Shown in pieces: positions 19,657 to 28,885 of a stretch of DNA of 64,000 bases. Each line of letters starts with the position of its first letter. Within the stretch, counting starts at the first letter, position 1. The stretch is from assembly GCA_964627035.1 (NCBI GenBank), contig CAZVKN010000016.1, forward strand, positions 5,615 through 69,614. Reading direction: 5' to 3'. Origin of the DNA: an uncultured bacterium (GTDB taxonomy: Bacteria > Electryoneota > AABM5-125-24 > Hatepunaeales > Hatepunaeaceae). Made by a program: the position numbers and the translations under genes. The notes under the pieces were generated by a model that worked only from the letters and a program-made list of their open reading frames with translations, was not told where the DNA came from and searched no databases.

Positions 19657-20082
19657 ATGCGAGGATTTGAACTCAAATATATGAGCCCCGAAGTGGCAGA
19701 TAGCATCAGCAATATGTTAGAAGAATTCGCCACACCGGAGAATAAGCTCACACCAGATAAACTGCTGGAAAAGATTATTCAGCAGCTTCCGATAGATAAG
19801 ATGGACCGTACTACAATTCGTGAGCGGGTTGAAGGTCTTTATTTTGCATCTGAACTGTTGTGGAACAAGCTGCTCGATTCCAAGAAGTTTAGTAGAGAAG
19901 AAGCAGTGAAGAAAGCCAAGCTGAAGCCGCTGAGCTTTTACCATTATCAAACCGGTTCGCGCGAGCCTTCCGGAAATGTTATGACTCGTGATGACTATTA
20001 TAACGATCCAGCAACAGCAATGGCGAAGTTAAAAGACGACATCGTTGGTCTGGCTTTGGTTGTTCCTGAAATTGTGGACTGA
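19657..20082 (+). CDS. Hypothetical protein with an XRE/Cro-like HTH segment
   Basis: Good promoter and SD; FSREEAVKKAKLKPLSFYHYQTGSREPS resembles the XRE HTH pattern. Confidence 0.6.
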   Translation: MRGFELKYMSPEVADSISNMLEEFATPENKLTPDKLLEKIIQQLPIDKMDRTTIRERVEGLYFASELLWNKLLDSKKFSREEAVKKAKLKPLSFYHYQTGSREPSGNVMTRDDYYNDPATAMAKLKDDIVGLALVVPEIVD

Positions 20083-20217
20083 CACACCATATTTGTCCTT
20101 AATATCAGGGTAAATGGCTCATCGAAGATTTATCGCGATGAAATTACGAAAGAGAGGCTCAACAATTGAGTTAAATCTTCGTAACCCTTATAGGACGGTT
20201 CTACTAAAATTTGCAAA

Positions 20218-20247
20218 GCGGTATTCTCAATGAGGATGCCGCATTTT
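20218..20247 (+). terminator. Terminator-like hairpin upstream of the sigma factor
   Basis: GCGGTATTCTC-aat-GAGGATGCCGC followed by ATTTT. Confidence 0.55.
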
Positions 20248-20302
20248 GTCGCTCATTAATTACCATCCCAATCTATAACACAGATATTAATATCGGACGG
20301 TT

Positions 20303-21214
20303 ATGGCAAAAATCGGCAAGAAAATTAATATTCGCACGAATCAGTCTCTGGAGAGGTATCTGCAGGAGATCGGTGAAGTAAACCTGCTTACCACCAAAGA
20401 AGAGATTGAACTTGCACGCAGGGTCAACTATAAACCGGAAGAAGATCCAAATGTGCAGGAAGGCGAAAAGCCGGAGTTTACTCTTCTGCAGCAGGAGAGA
20501 GCTTTGGCACAGATGGTTAAGGCAAACCTACGCTTTGTAGTATCCGTTGCAAAGCAGTACCAAAATCAAGGTCTCTCACTCGGTGACCTCATAAATGAAG
20601 GCAACCTTGGACTGATTAAGGCTGCCCAAAGATTTGATGAGACCCGTGGATTCAAATTTATCTCCTACGCTGTGTGGTGGATCCGGCAATCTATTCTTCA
20701 GGCTTTGGCAGAGCAGTCCCGTGTTGTGCGGCTTCCTCTCAATCGGGTAGGTGCCCTCAATAAAATCGGTAAGGCGTGCAGCTCTCTTGAGCAGAAATAT
20801 GAACGTGAGCCGTCTGCCGAGGAGTTAGCTGAAAAACTTGAAATGAACATCGGTGAAGTCACCGACACACTGAAGATGTCCGGCAGGCACCTTTCTATGG
20901 ATGCACCGTTCAGCCAAGGGGAAGACAACCGCCTGCTTGATATTCTTCACAATGATCTGCAGCCTCCACCTGATTCTCATCTGATGGATGAATCACTCAG
21001 GCAGGACATAGAACGTGCCCTCAACGATCTGACTGCTCGTGAAGCTGAAGTGATCCGCTTTTATTTCGGGATCAGCCGGGATCAGTTGACACTTGAGCAG
21101 ATTGGCGTGAGATTCCGTCTGACGCGTGAGCGGGTGCGTCAGATTAAGGAAAAGGCGATACGAAAACTGAGCCATCCATCACGCTCCAAAGCACTCCGAG
21201 CTTATTTAAGTTAG
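20303..21214 (+). CDS. RNA polymerase sigma70 factor, RpoD/SigA family, lacking region 1.1
   Basis: [50 protein letters not shown]. Confidence 0.95.
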   Translation: MAKIGKKINIRTNQSLERYLQEIGEVNLLTTKEEIELARRVNYKPEEDPNVQEGEKPEFTLLQQERALAQMVKANLRFVVSVAKQYQNQGLSLGDLINEGNLGLIKAAQRFDETRGFKFISYAVWWIRQSILQALAEQSRVVRLPLNRVGALNKIGKACSSLEQKYEREPSAEELAEKLEMNIGEVTDTLKMSGRHLSMDAPFSQGEDNRLLDILHNDLQPPPDSHLMDESLRQDIERALNDLTAREAEVIRFYFGISRDQLTLEQIGVRFRLTRERVRQIKEKAIRKLSHPSRSKALRAYLS

Positions 21215-21271
21215 CATAATACGGGATTGGCAAACGTCAATCCCGTCTCTTCCCTCATACTTGAAGCTAAT

Positions 21272-22333
21272 ATGACCGAATCTCCGACACAACGATTACA
21301 CCTCCGCGGCAACGCCCTCTACAACAAGGGCGACTTTGAAGGTGCAATCGAATGTTACTCACAAGCCCTTATCCTGGATCCGAACCTACACGATACAAGA
21401 TTTAACCGTGCACTCGCTTATACCCAGATCCATAGATACGACAAGGCTCTGCGAGATTTGGAACTCAGAATTAAATCCGGACAAGGGCTGAAGGACTGCT
21501 ATCATCTGATTGCCGTGATATATCGCTTTAAGGAAGATCCGGTCAATTCAATCCGCTATCTGCTTAGATCCATCGAGATCAATCCCTATGACAATAAGGT
21601 GGTGAATGAACTGGAGCTTGTTCTAGAATTTGCTTCGCGAATGGAGGTCATACCGACCGATTTGGAACCTATCATCGAGCAGATAATCAACTCCCCTAAA
21701 CGGAGTGTGGTTGTTTTGGGCTATATTTATCGAAGCAGCATCGCAGCTCGAAACTATGACCTGAACGATGCCGAGCAGGAGCTTGATACCGCACTGAAAA
21801 TTGATCCGGGGAATATCTCAATTCTCGAAAAGCTTGCAAAACTTCACCGACGATTTTCCGATTCGGAGGCTGCCGAATCTTACTATCAAAAAATTCTGCA
21901 AATCGAGCCGAAGAACGTAAAAACACTGTGCCGCATGGGAGCGGTCAGCATGGATAGAATTGACTATGAGGCTGCGGAAGAGTACTATCTGCGTGCATTG
22001 GATTACGAACCCGATCACCCTGCTGCATATGAGGGCTTAGGTGATGTCTATCAGGTGATCGGAGACCGCGAACAGGCAAAGATCTACTACCATCTCGCAC
22101 TGCAATCCGACAATGAACGACCACATGCGATGTATGAACTGGCAAACATGGTGCGAGATGAAGAGCCTGAACTCGCTATATTTCTTCTTAAGAAAATTCT
22201 CAAACGCTATCCCGATAACGGTGATGTCGGTGAGGAACTCGATTCGCTGACCGCTATGTACGGTGATCCCAAGACCGATTTCAGTTATATCTTCGAGAAT
22301 CGCGACTTCAACAGCTACTTCAGCGAGAAATGA
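21272..22333 (+). CDS. Cytoplasmic tetratricopeptide-repeat protein
   Basis: RGNALYNKGDFEGAIECYSQALILDP and about 8 further TPR-like units; start adjusted to MTESP. Confidence 0.85.
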   Translation: MTESPTQRLHLRGNALYNKGDFEGAIECYSQALILDPNLHDTRFNRALAYTQIHRYDKALRDLELRIKSGQGLKDCYHLIAVIYRFKEDPVNSIRYLLRSIEINPYDNKVVNELELVLEFASRMEVIPTDLEPIIEQIINSPKRSVVVLGYIYRSSIAARNYDLNDAEQELDTALKIDPGNISILEKLAKLHRRFSDSEAAESYYQKILQIEPKNVKTLCRMGAVSMDRIDYEAAEEYYLRALDYEPDHPAAYEGLGDVYQVIGDREQAKIYYHLALQSDNERPHAMYELANMVRDEEPELAIFLLKKILKRYPDNGDVGEELDSLTAMYGDPKTDFSYIFENRDFNSYFSEK

Positions 22334-23205
22334 CAGCACAGTCCGACCGTTTTTTCTATGCACGCGGGAGAACGATTCCACTTGGTCGGAACAGTGTCAT
22401 AATGGGGATTGTCAACACCACTCCCGACTCATTCTCCGATGGTGGTGAAGCAGCTACGGTTGAAGTCGGATTGAATCGAACTGTCCAACATTTCAGGGAT
22501 GGGGCAGCTATCATTGATATCGGTGGTGAATCAACCCGCCCGAACAGCGATCCCGTTCCCCTCGATGAAGAGATCAGCAGAACTATACCACTCATACAAT
22601 CTGCAAATAAGAGATTTCCGGATGGCGACAACAAACCGCTAATTTCCATAGACAGTTACAAATCAGAAGTTGCTCGATTAGCACTTCTGGCTGGTGCCCA
22701 TATTGTCAACGATATCAGCGGGGGAAATTACGATGAAGCAATGGCTGATACAGCCGCAGAATTCGGTGCAGGAGTGGTTTTAATGCACATCAAAGGGACT
22801 CCCCGCACAATGCAGAGGAATCCTCACTATGATGATCTGATCGGTGAAATATATGAATATCTTTCAGATGCAATCGACAAATTTATCCGGGCTGGTGTGG
22901 TGAAAGAGTCCATATTGGTTGATCCCGGAATCGGTTTTGGAAAGACAATTGAGCATAATCTTGAGCTTATTGTTCGTCTGAACGAATTTCAGGGGATCGC
23001 TGCAGGTGTGCTTCTGGGACCTTCTCGAAAATCGTTTATCGGTGAGATAACCGGTAAAACGGTCAGTCAGAGAGTCGAAGGGACAATCGGTGCAGTAATT
23101 GCAGGAATTATGTCGGGAGCTGACGCGGTCAGAGTGCATGATGTAGCTCAGGTTGCCGATGCAATTAAGGTGGCGGATCGAATCAGGAACAGAGTTCCGG
23201 GTTGA
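22330..23205 (+). CDS. folP: Dihydropteroate synthase
   Basis: NTTPDSFSDGG, DIGGESTRP, DPGIGFGK, SRKSFI, RVHDV. Confidence 0.97.
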   Translation: MTAQSDRFFYARGRTIPLGRNSVIMGIVNTTPDSFSDGGEAATVEVGLNRTVQHFRDGAAIIDIGGESTRPNSDPVPLDEEISRTIPLIQSANKRFPDGDNKPLISIDSYKSEVARLALLAGAHIVNDISGGNYDEAMADTAAEFGAGVVLMHIKGTPRTMQRNPHYDDLIGEIYEYLSDAIDKFIRAGVVKESILVDPGIGFGKTIEHNLELIVRLNEFQGIAAGVLLGPSRKSFIGEITGKTVSQRVEGTIGAVIAGIMSGADAVRVHDVAQVADAIKVADRIRNRVPG

Positions 23206-23211
23206 GATTCA

Positions 23212-23709
23212 ATGACTCGCAACGCTATTGAAAAAAAAGACTTCCATATTAGCGATATTACTGTTCGTGATCTGCCGGAAGTTATAAGAATTGAGGAAAA
23301 CTGCTTCTCTGACCCTTGGCGCCGCCAACAGTTTCTCGATGTAATCTGGAACGGATTCATATTTTGGAAATTGACCGATGAGACAATGATTGGCGGTTAT
23401 CTGGTGGCTATACCATATAAAGACAGCATCCACATCGCCAATATTGTCATAGTTCCTTCCCTGCGAAGACAAGGCTTTGCACGTAAATTTCTGCGAGAAC
23501 TTCATAACTTGGCAACACACCACAAAAAGCATTACATTACACTTGAAGTACGGTGCAGCAATAAATCAGCCATTGCACTATATGAGTCGGAAGGATATTA
23601 TCAATTCAGCGTTAAACAGGGGTATTATGACGGAAATGAAGATGCCCTGCTATTTGTTCAGGAGTTAACACATGCCAGAGTGGTATCAAAGACCACAGCC
23701 ACCGGTTAG
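23212..23709 (+). CDS. rimI: Ribosomal-protein-alanine N-acetyltransferase
   Basis: IEENCFSDPW, RRQGFA, LEVRCSN..AIALY, YY..EDA. Confidence 0.85.
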   Translation: MTRNAIEKKDFHISDITVRDLPEVIRIEENCFSDPWRRQQFLDVIWNGFIFWKLTDETMIGGYLVAIPYKDSIHIANIVIVPSLRRQGFARKFLRELHNLATHHKKHYITLEVRCSNKSAIALYESEGYYQFSVKQGYYDGNEDALLFVQELTHARVVSKTTATG

Positions 23710-24511
23710 AACATCAAAGAGAAAGAACATCCCTGATGGGATTTGGGTCAAATGCCCATCCTGCAGCGAAAGTCTTTTTCGCAAGGAGTTGGAACGGGAT
23801 CTGAATGTATGTCCGAAATGCGGTCACCATTTCAGAATTAATTCATCCACCTATATCAATCTTTTGCTCGATGATGGTAGCTGGATTGAACAGGATGCCA
23901 ACCTCACAACCGATGATCCATTGGAATTCAAAGACAGCATATTGTACAGTGACAGAGTTGAGAAATATGTCAAAAAGTCCGGTCTGTCGGAGGCTCTCAG
24001 GTGCGTCACAGGAAAGATGAGCGGTCGCACTATAGAGCTTGCAATCCTCGATTTCAGTTTTATGGGAGGTAGTGTCGGCTCGGTTGTCGGTGAGAAGTTG
24101 TGCCGTTCCATTGACCGTGCTATTGAAACCGGCTCACCCCTGATCGTCGTTTCCTGTTCCGGTGGGATGAGAATGCAGGAGGGGTTGTTCTCGCTGATGC
24201 AGATGGCAAAGGTGTCGGCATCGCTCGTTAAGCTGAGTCAGGCTAAGATTCCGTTTATTTCTGTGATGACAAACCCGACAACCGGTGGAACCACCGCCTC
24301 GTTTGCCATGCTTGGCGATATTAACATTTCCGAACCGGGAGCACTCATTGGATTTGCAGGACCGCGTGTGATCAAACAGACTATCGGTCAGGATCTCCCT
24401 GAAGGGTTCCAGAGTGCAGAATTTCTGCTCGAAAAAGGCTTTTTAGACATGATTGTGATTCGTAAAGAGCTGAAGGCAAAGCTCACGACATTGTTGAATC
24501 TATTGATGTAA
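23672..24511 (+). CDS. accD: Acetyl-CoA carboxylase carboxyltransferase beta subunit
   Basis: Zn ribbon CPSC..CPKC, FMGGS, GGMRMQEG, PTTGG, GFAGPRVI. Confidence 0.97.
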   Translation: MPEWYQRPQPPVRTSKRKNIPDGIWVKCPSCSESLFRKELERDLNVCPKCGHHFRINSSTYINLLLDDGSWIEQDANLTTDDPLEFKDSILYSDRVEKYVKKSGLSEALRCVTGKMSGRTIELAILDFSFMGGSVGSVVGEKLCRSIDRAIETGSPLIVVSCSGGMRMQEGLFSLMQMAKVSASLVKLSQAKIPFISVMTNPTTGGTTASFAMLGDINISEPGALIGFAGPRVIKQTIGQDLPEGFQSAEFLLEKGFLDMIVIRKELKAKLTTLLNLLM

Positions 24512-24525
24512 GTGTTTCCCATCTT

Positions 24526-24657
24526 GTAGTCTGGTTGTCCTCAACTGCGACTCCGTCGGGTTTGAGACAAACCCGACTACAGTATTATTAACACTCAATG
24601 ACCCTGTAGTCGTGGTTGTCTCAACCACGACGTCGGACTTGAGACAAGCCCGACTAC
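24526..24657. repeat. Two tandem GTAG-type REP doublets (REPIN-like)
   Basis: 24526-24580 and 24606-24657, e.g. GTAGTCGTGGTTGTCTCAACCACGAC-GTCGGACTTGAGACAAGCCCGACTAC. Confidence 0.85.
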
Positions 24658-24702
24658 AGAGCGAAAATACAAAACCACCACCATTACCCGCTGGAGGATA
24701 AA

Positions 24703-25803
24703 ATGAAAAAAGTTCTTATCATTGATGATGACCTCATGCTCCTCGATGCAGTGAAGATCATGCTGGAAAGTGCAGGTTATACAGTGTTGGAAGCAGCAAA
24801 CGGTTATGACGGTGTTCAGATTGCTCAACGACAATTCCCGGACATCATCGTCTGTGATATTATGATGGAACAGGGGGACGGCTATTATGTTCTTGCTGAG
24901 ATGCAAAAGAGACCGGCAACAGCTTCTATACCGTTCGTGTTCCTCACCGGTAAAACCAGCCGGGTGAACGTCCGGCGTGGGATGGAGTTAGGCGCTTCCG
25001 ATTATCTGACCAAACCGTTTACCGAAAAGGAACTGCTGTCAACCATAGAAGCGCAGATGCGCAGACATAACCACCTGATGCAGTTGACCGATCATAAATT
25101 GTCGGTATTAAAGGAAAACATCTCCCTCGCCATCCCACATGAGATGAGAACACCGTTAACGAGCATTATCGGTCTGTCGAAGGTGATCAACCGAAGAAGC
25201 GATTCGATTAAGCCGACCGAGCTGTCTAAGATGGCTCAATCTATTTTCATAGCCGGAAAGAGATTGTACCGTACAATTGAGAATTTCCTGCTGTACACAC
25301 AACTTGAACTGATCTCATCGGATCAGGACAATATTGATTCGATCAGACAGGAAAAAACAACTTTCTCCAAGGACAATGTCACCGAGATCGCTTTAGAAAT
25401 GACTGAACACGCTAATCGCAGCAATGACCTTATTCTGCATGTTAGCGACGGACAGCCGCATATTCACTGTGATTACCTGAAAAAGATCGTTGAAGAGTTA
25501 ATAGATAACAGCCTGAAATTCTCACAGCCGGGCACGAGAATAGTTGTTAATGTGGATATTGAGAATGATATGTACATCTTGTCAGTTAAGGATAGCGGGG
25601 TGGGAATGTTGAAGGATGAAATCAAGCAGATCGGCGCCTACATGCAGTTTGAAAGGCGAACACACGAACAGCAGGGGATCGGGTTGGGGTTGACAATTGT
25701 GAAGCAACTCGCTGATGTTCATGGAGGATCGATGAGAGTAGATAGCAAAAGGGGAAAAGGTACAATCATTACAATATACTTACCTGCCAGAGTAACTGAA
25801 TAA
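24703..25803 (+). CDS. Hybrid response regulator/histidine kinase (REC-HisKA-HATPase)
   Basis: IIDDD, CDIMM, KPF; HEMRTPL; NSLKF, DSGVG, GIGLGL. Confidence 0.93.
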   Translation: MKKVLIIDDDLMLLDAVKIMLESAGYTVLEAANGYDGVQIAQRQFPDIIVCDIMMEQGDGYYVLAEMQKRPATASIPFVFLTGKTSRVNVRRGMELGASDYLTKPFTEKELLSTIEAQMRRHNHLMQLTDHKLSVLKENISLAIPHEMRTPLTSIIGLSKVINRRSDSIKPTELSKMAQSIFIAGKRLYRTIENFLLYTQLELISSDQDNIDSIRQEKTTFSKDNVTEIALEMTEHANRSNDLILHVSDGQPHIHCDYLKKIVEELIDNSLKFSQPGTRIVVNVDIENDMYILSVKDSGVGMLKDEIKQIGAYMQFERRTHEQQGIGLGLTIVKQLADVHGGSMRVDSKRGKGTIITIYLPARVTE

Positions 25804-25819
25804 TAGGAGTCAGTTAAAA

Positions 25820-26632
25820 ATGAACAGACACATCCTGATGAAAGTAACCAGTGTTATCCTCCTAGTTGCATTTGTATTCACCTCATGTACCCCTGCCTAC
25901 AGGTACGACAAATACTATACACCGGAGCATAAATATCATATTGAACCAATTTCAGAAGCAGATAAGTGGATAGATGGGAAAGCGTATCTTGCGAATGAAT
26001 CTGATAGCATCGTTGTAAACGTTTGTTTCAATCAGCAGGTTCAGGAATTATCAAATCACTACCTGGAATTTAATGTTGTTATTGAAAACGTATCCACTAA
26101 GCCCGTATTGGTTGATCCGAATGAATTCTTAATTGTAACAGATTCACCAACGAAGACGTGTGGTTCTATTGATCCTGAGAAGAGAATATCTGAAATTGAC
26201 GATTATCTGGCAGGTAAAACGATCCCTGTCTCTGAAGACAAGAGCCGGTCGAAATCAACAGCGATAGTTATCGGGACAGTCATAGTCCTGTTGGTTGTCG
26301 GAATCTTTGTCTTAATCGCAAATGTATTTGATGATGACAACTATGATGACGAAGACAAAGATGATCATGACCATTACTACTACGACGACGATGATGAGGA
26401 AACGGAAGAGCTGCGTAAGATTAGAACTTCCAGGGAATATCAGATAAAGATGGAGAAATTGGCTGGGATTAAGAACGTGTGGGATAAAGAAACTATCCGG
26501 AAAACCACACTTGAACCGAACCAATCAATTTCGGGTAAAGTATTCTTTCCCGTTCCGGACAAAATGAAATCCTTAACCCTTTTTGTTGTAATAGCTGAGT
26601 ACAAAACAGGATTTCTGTTTAAGGCAGCATAG
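25820..26632 (+). CDS. Hypothetical lipoprotein
   Basis: Lipobox FTSC; internal hydrophobic helix; Asp/His-rich tract. Confidence 0.7.
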   Translation: MNRHILMKVTSVILLVAFVFTSCTPAYRYDKYYTPEHKYHIEPISEADKWIDGKAYLANESDSIVVNVCFNQQVQELSNHYLEFNVVIENVSTKPVLVDPNEFLIVTDSPTKTCGSIDPEKRISEIDDYLAGKTIPVSEDKSRSKSTAIVIGTVIVLLVVGIFVLIANVFDDDNYDDEDKDDHDHYYYDDDDEETEELRKIRTSREYQIKMEKLAGIKNVWDKETIRKTTLEPNQSISGKVFFPVPDKMKSLTLFVVIAEYKTGFLFKAA

Positions 26633-26676
26633 ATTGCAAATAATTAAATCGCAACGATAACCATTTCGGGAAGACT

Positions 26677-27486
26677 ATGTTCAAATCTATTAATATGAAA
26701 TCTATCAGTTGGATGCTGCTGTTAGCGCTGATCGTATCGTGTGCGACAGTGCCGCTGACCGGACGGAGGCAGTTGAATCTGATTCCAGCCACCGAGCTGA
26801 ACAACCTCAGCTTCCAGCAATATTCAGATTTTTTACAAAATCATAAGCTTAGCAAGAACGCACAACAGACACAACTTGTTAAGAATGTCGGAAAGAACAT
26901 CCAAAAAGCTGTAGAAGTTTATTTCAAACAGAAAGATCTGACACACCATCTGAGAGGATACAAGTGGGAGTTCAATCTTGTAGAAGACAAGCTGGTAAAC
27001 GCATTCTGTATGCCGGGTGGCAAAGTCGTTATCTATACAGGTATTCTGCCGCTCACCAAAGATGAGGCAGGCTTAGCCACGGTCATGGGACACGAGATTG
27101 CCCATGCTATCGCCAATCACGGTAACGAACGGATGAGCCAAGGACTTGTTGCGTCATTCGGCTCGGTTGCACTGGATCAGGCTATGAAGAAGAAGAGTGC
27201 CGAAACACGTGCCATATTCAATGCTGCTTATGGTGTCGGAGCAACAGTCGGTGTGATGCTACCGTTCAGCCGACTGCATGAATCCGAAGCCGACAGACTC
27301 GGTCTGATCTTCATGGCTATGGCGGGGTACGATCCTCACAACGCAGTCAATTTCTGGAAACGAATGGCTGCCAAGAAAGGAGGAGGTGCCCCACCGGAGT
27401 TTCTCAGCACACACCCGTCCGATCAAACCAGAATCAACAAGATTCAGAAGGCAATGCCTGAAGCAATGAGGTATTATAAGAAGTGA
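26677..27486 (+). CDS. M48-family metallopeptidase lipoprotein
   Basis: IVSC lipobox, NAFCMPGGK, HEIAH, ESEAD, STHP. Confidence 0.93.
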   Translation: MFKSINMKSISWMLLLALIVSCATVPLTGRRQLNLIPATELNNLSFQQYSDFLQNHKLSKNAQQTQLVKNVGKNIQKAVEVYFKQKDLTHHLRGYKWEFNLVEDKLVNAFCMPGGKVVIYTGILPLTKDEAGLATVMGHEIAHAIANHGNERMSQGLVASFGSVALDQAMKKKSAETRAIFNAAYGVGATVGVMLPFSRLHESEADRLGLIFMAMAGYDPHNAVNFWKRMAAKKGGGAPPEFLSTHPSDQTRINKIQKAMPEAMRYYKK

Positions 27487-27620
27487 TTCTGTGATTAAGT
27501 AATTTTGTAATTGAGTAATTGAGTAATTTTGTGATTCAAGACAGATTGATCGGATTGTCAGTAGGGAGCAAGGAGAAAGGGAGAAGGGAAGAAAGTAAGA
27601 CTGGATCTCAATCTGTGCAT

Positions 27621-27708
27621 GGAGGGCGGATTTTCAGTCCGCTCTATGTGGTAGTCGTGGTTGTCACATCCCGATGAATCGGGACGGGCTTTTCCCAAGC
27701 CCGACCAC
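27621..27708. repeat. REP cluster: GGAG-type hairpin plus a GTAG doublet interrupted by a TCCCGAT-ga-ATCGGGA mini-palindrome
   Basis: Similarity to the 24606-24657 doublet. Confidence 0.65.
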
Positions 27709-27751
27709 AGGACACTACTTTACCACAATGTTACTAATCCCGCTTTATCAG

Positions 27752-27780
27752 TTGCAATATTGTCTAATTAAGATTATCTT
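27752..27780 (+). promoter_or_regulatory. Putative promoter for the moaA leader
   Basis: TTGCAA-17-TATCTT just upstream of the riboswitch. Confidence 0.55.
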
Positions 27781-27797
27781 ATCCTAAATAAATTATT

Positions 27798-27906
27798 CTC
27801 CGACCTTGTCGCGCTAAAAACTAACAGTTCATGCAAAGCAGGGCGGTGGGCATTTGCCCCTAGGGTTGCTTCGGAAACGGATCAGCCTCCCGTGTTTGGA
27901 AAGGAG
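27798..27906 (+). ncRNA. Molybdenum cofactor (Moco) riboswitch
   Basis: CTCCGA...AGGGT..GAAA..GCCTCCCGT...GGAAAGGAG pattern whose 3' end is the SD of moaA. Confidence 0.88.
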
Positions 27907-27911
27907 ACTTT

Positions 27912-28880
27912 GTGTACGATAACGCTAAAACGTTACCATCCCACGCTGTTACTCTGCGTCTGTCTCTGACAGACAGATGTAACTTTCGCTGCCGCTACTG
28001 CATGCCTGAAACAGGCATCGCAAAACTGCTCCATGCAGAGATGCCTTCTTTTGAAGAACTTTCCGATGCCGTTCTGTTCCTCAAACACGAGTATGACGTA
28101 ACCAAAGTCAAGCTGACCGGTGGTGAACCACTGGTACGTCCGAAAATCTCCACTTTGATCCGTTCGCTCTCACCCCACTTTGAAGAAATATCAATGACCT
28201 CAAACGGGGCTCTTCTTCCCAAACTAACTGAAGAACTGCGTGATTCCGGACTGTCGCGTGTTAACATATCGCTCGACTCGATGAATCCGGAACGATTCAG
28301 GCAACTTACGCGCGGCGGTAGGTTACAAAATACACTTGACGGATTGGACGCTGCTCTCGATTCCGGGCTGACTCCGGTTAAGCTGAACGCTGTACTTCAG
28401 CGAAGCGGTTATCATGATGATGTGCCTGCACTGCTTGACCTGAGTGCGGAGAAAGGGATAACAGTCAGGTTCATCGAGCTGATGCGAACCGGAACAGAAT
28501 TGGACTGGGTGGAAACAGAGTATGTCTCAGCGGATGAAGTGATTGAATGGTTGGAATCGTTCACAACATTAACACCGGTCACCACTCCCCTATCGTCGCC
28601 TGCGAAATTGATGAAAATTAACTGGAACGGCAGCGACATCAAGGTTGGCTGGATAACACCGCTGTCACACCCATTCTGCGACAGTTGCAACCGCTTGCGT
28701 CTGGACGCTCACGGCAATCTGCGCCGCTGTTTAATGGATCCCGAATCGCTCCCATTGATTGATCTTCTCAGAAATCATCATCGGAATGATGTGATCTCTT
28801 ATGTCAACAGCTATCTTCACGGAAAACATTCACCGGAATCTATGGAGATTCGCTCACCGATGATCGCCGTGGGAGGTTAA
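27912..28880 (+). CDS. moaA: GTP 3',8-cyclase
   Basis: LRLSLTDRCNFRCRYCM, TGGEPL, FCDSCNRLRL..C, C-terminal GG. Confidence 0.95.
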   Translation: MYDNAKTLPSHAVTLRLSLTDRCNFRCRYCMPETGIAKLLHAEMPSFEELSDAVLFLKHEYDVTKVKLTGGEPLVRPKISTLIRSLSPHFEEISMTSNGALLPKLTEELRDSGLSRVNISLDSMNPERFRQLTRGGRLQNTLDGLDAALDSGLTPVKLNAVLQRSGYHDDVPALLDLSAEKGITVRFIELMRTGTELDWVETEYVSADEVIEWLESFTTLTPVTTPLSSPAKLMKINWNGSDIKVGWITPLSHPFCDSCNRLRLDAHGNLRRCLMDPESLPLIDLLRNHHRNDVISYVNSYLHGKHSPESMEIRSPMIAVGG

Positions 28881-28885
28881 TCACC

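Noticed and set aside
24526-24657. Possible mini CRISPR array
   Set aside because: Units are inverted REP doublets without unique regular spacers; no cas genes
24595-24906. 103-aa minus-strand ORF and the many other short antisense ORFs
   Set aside because: Shadow frames of well-supported genes or repeats
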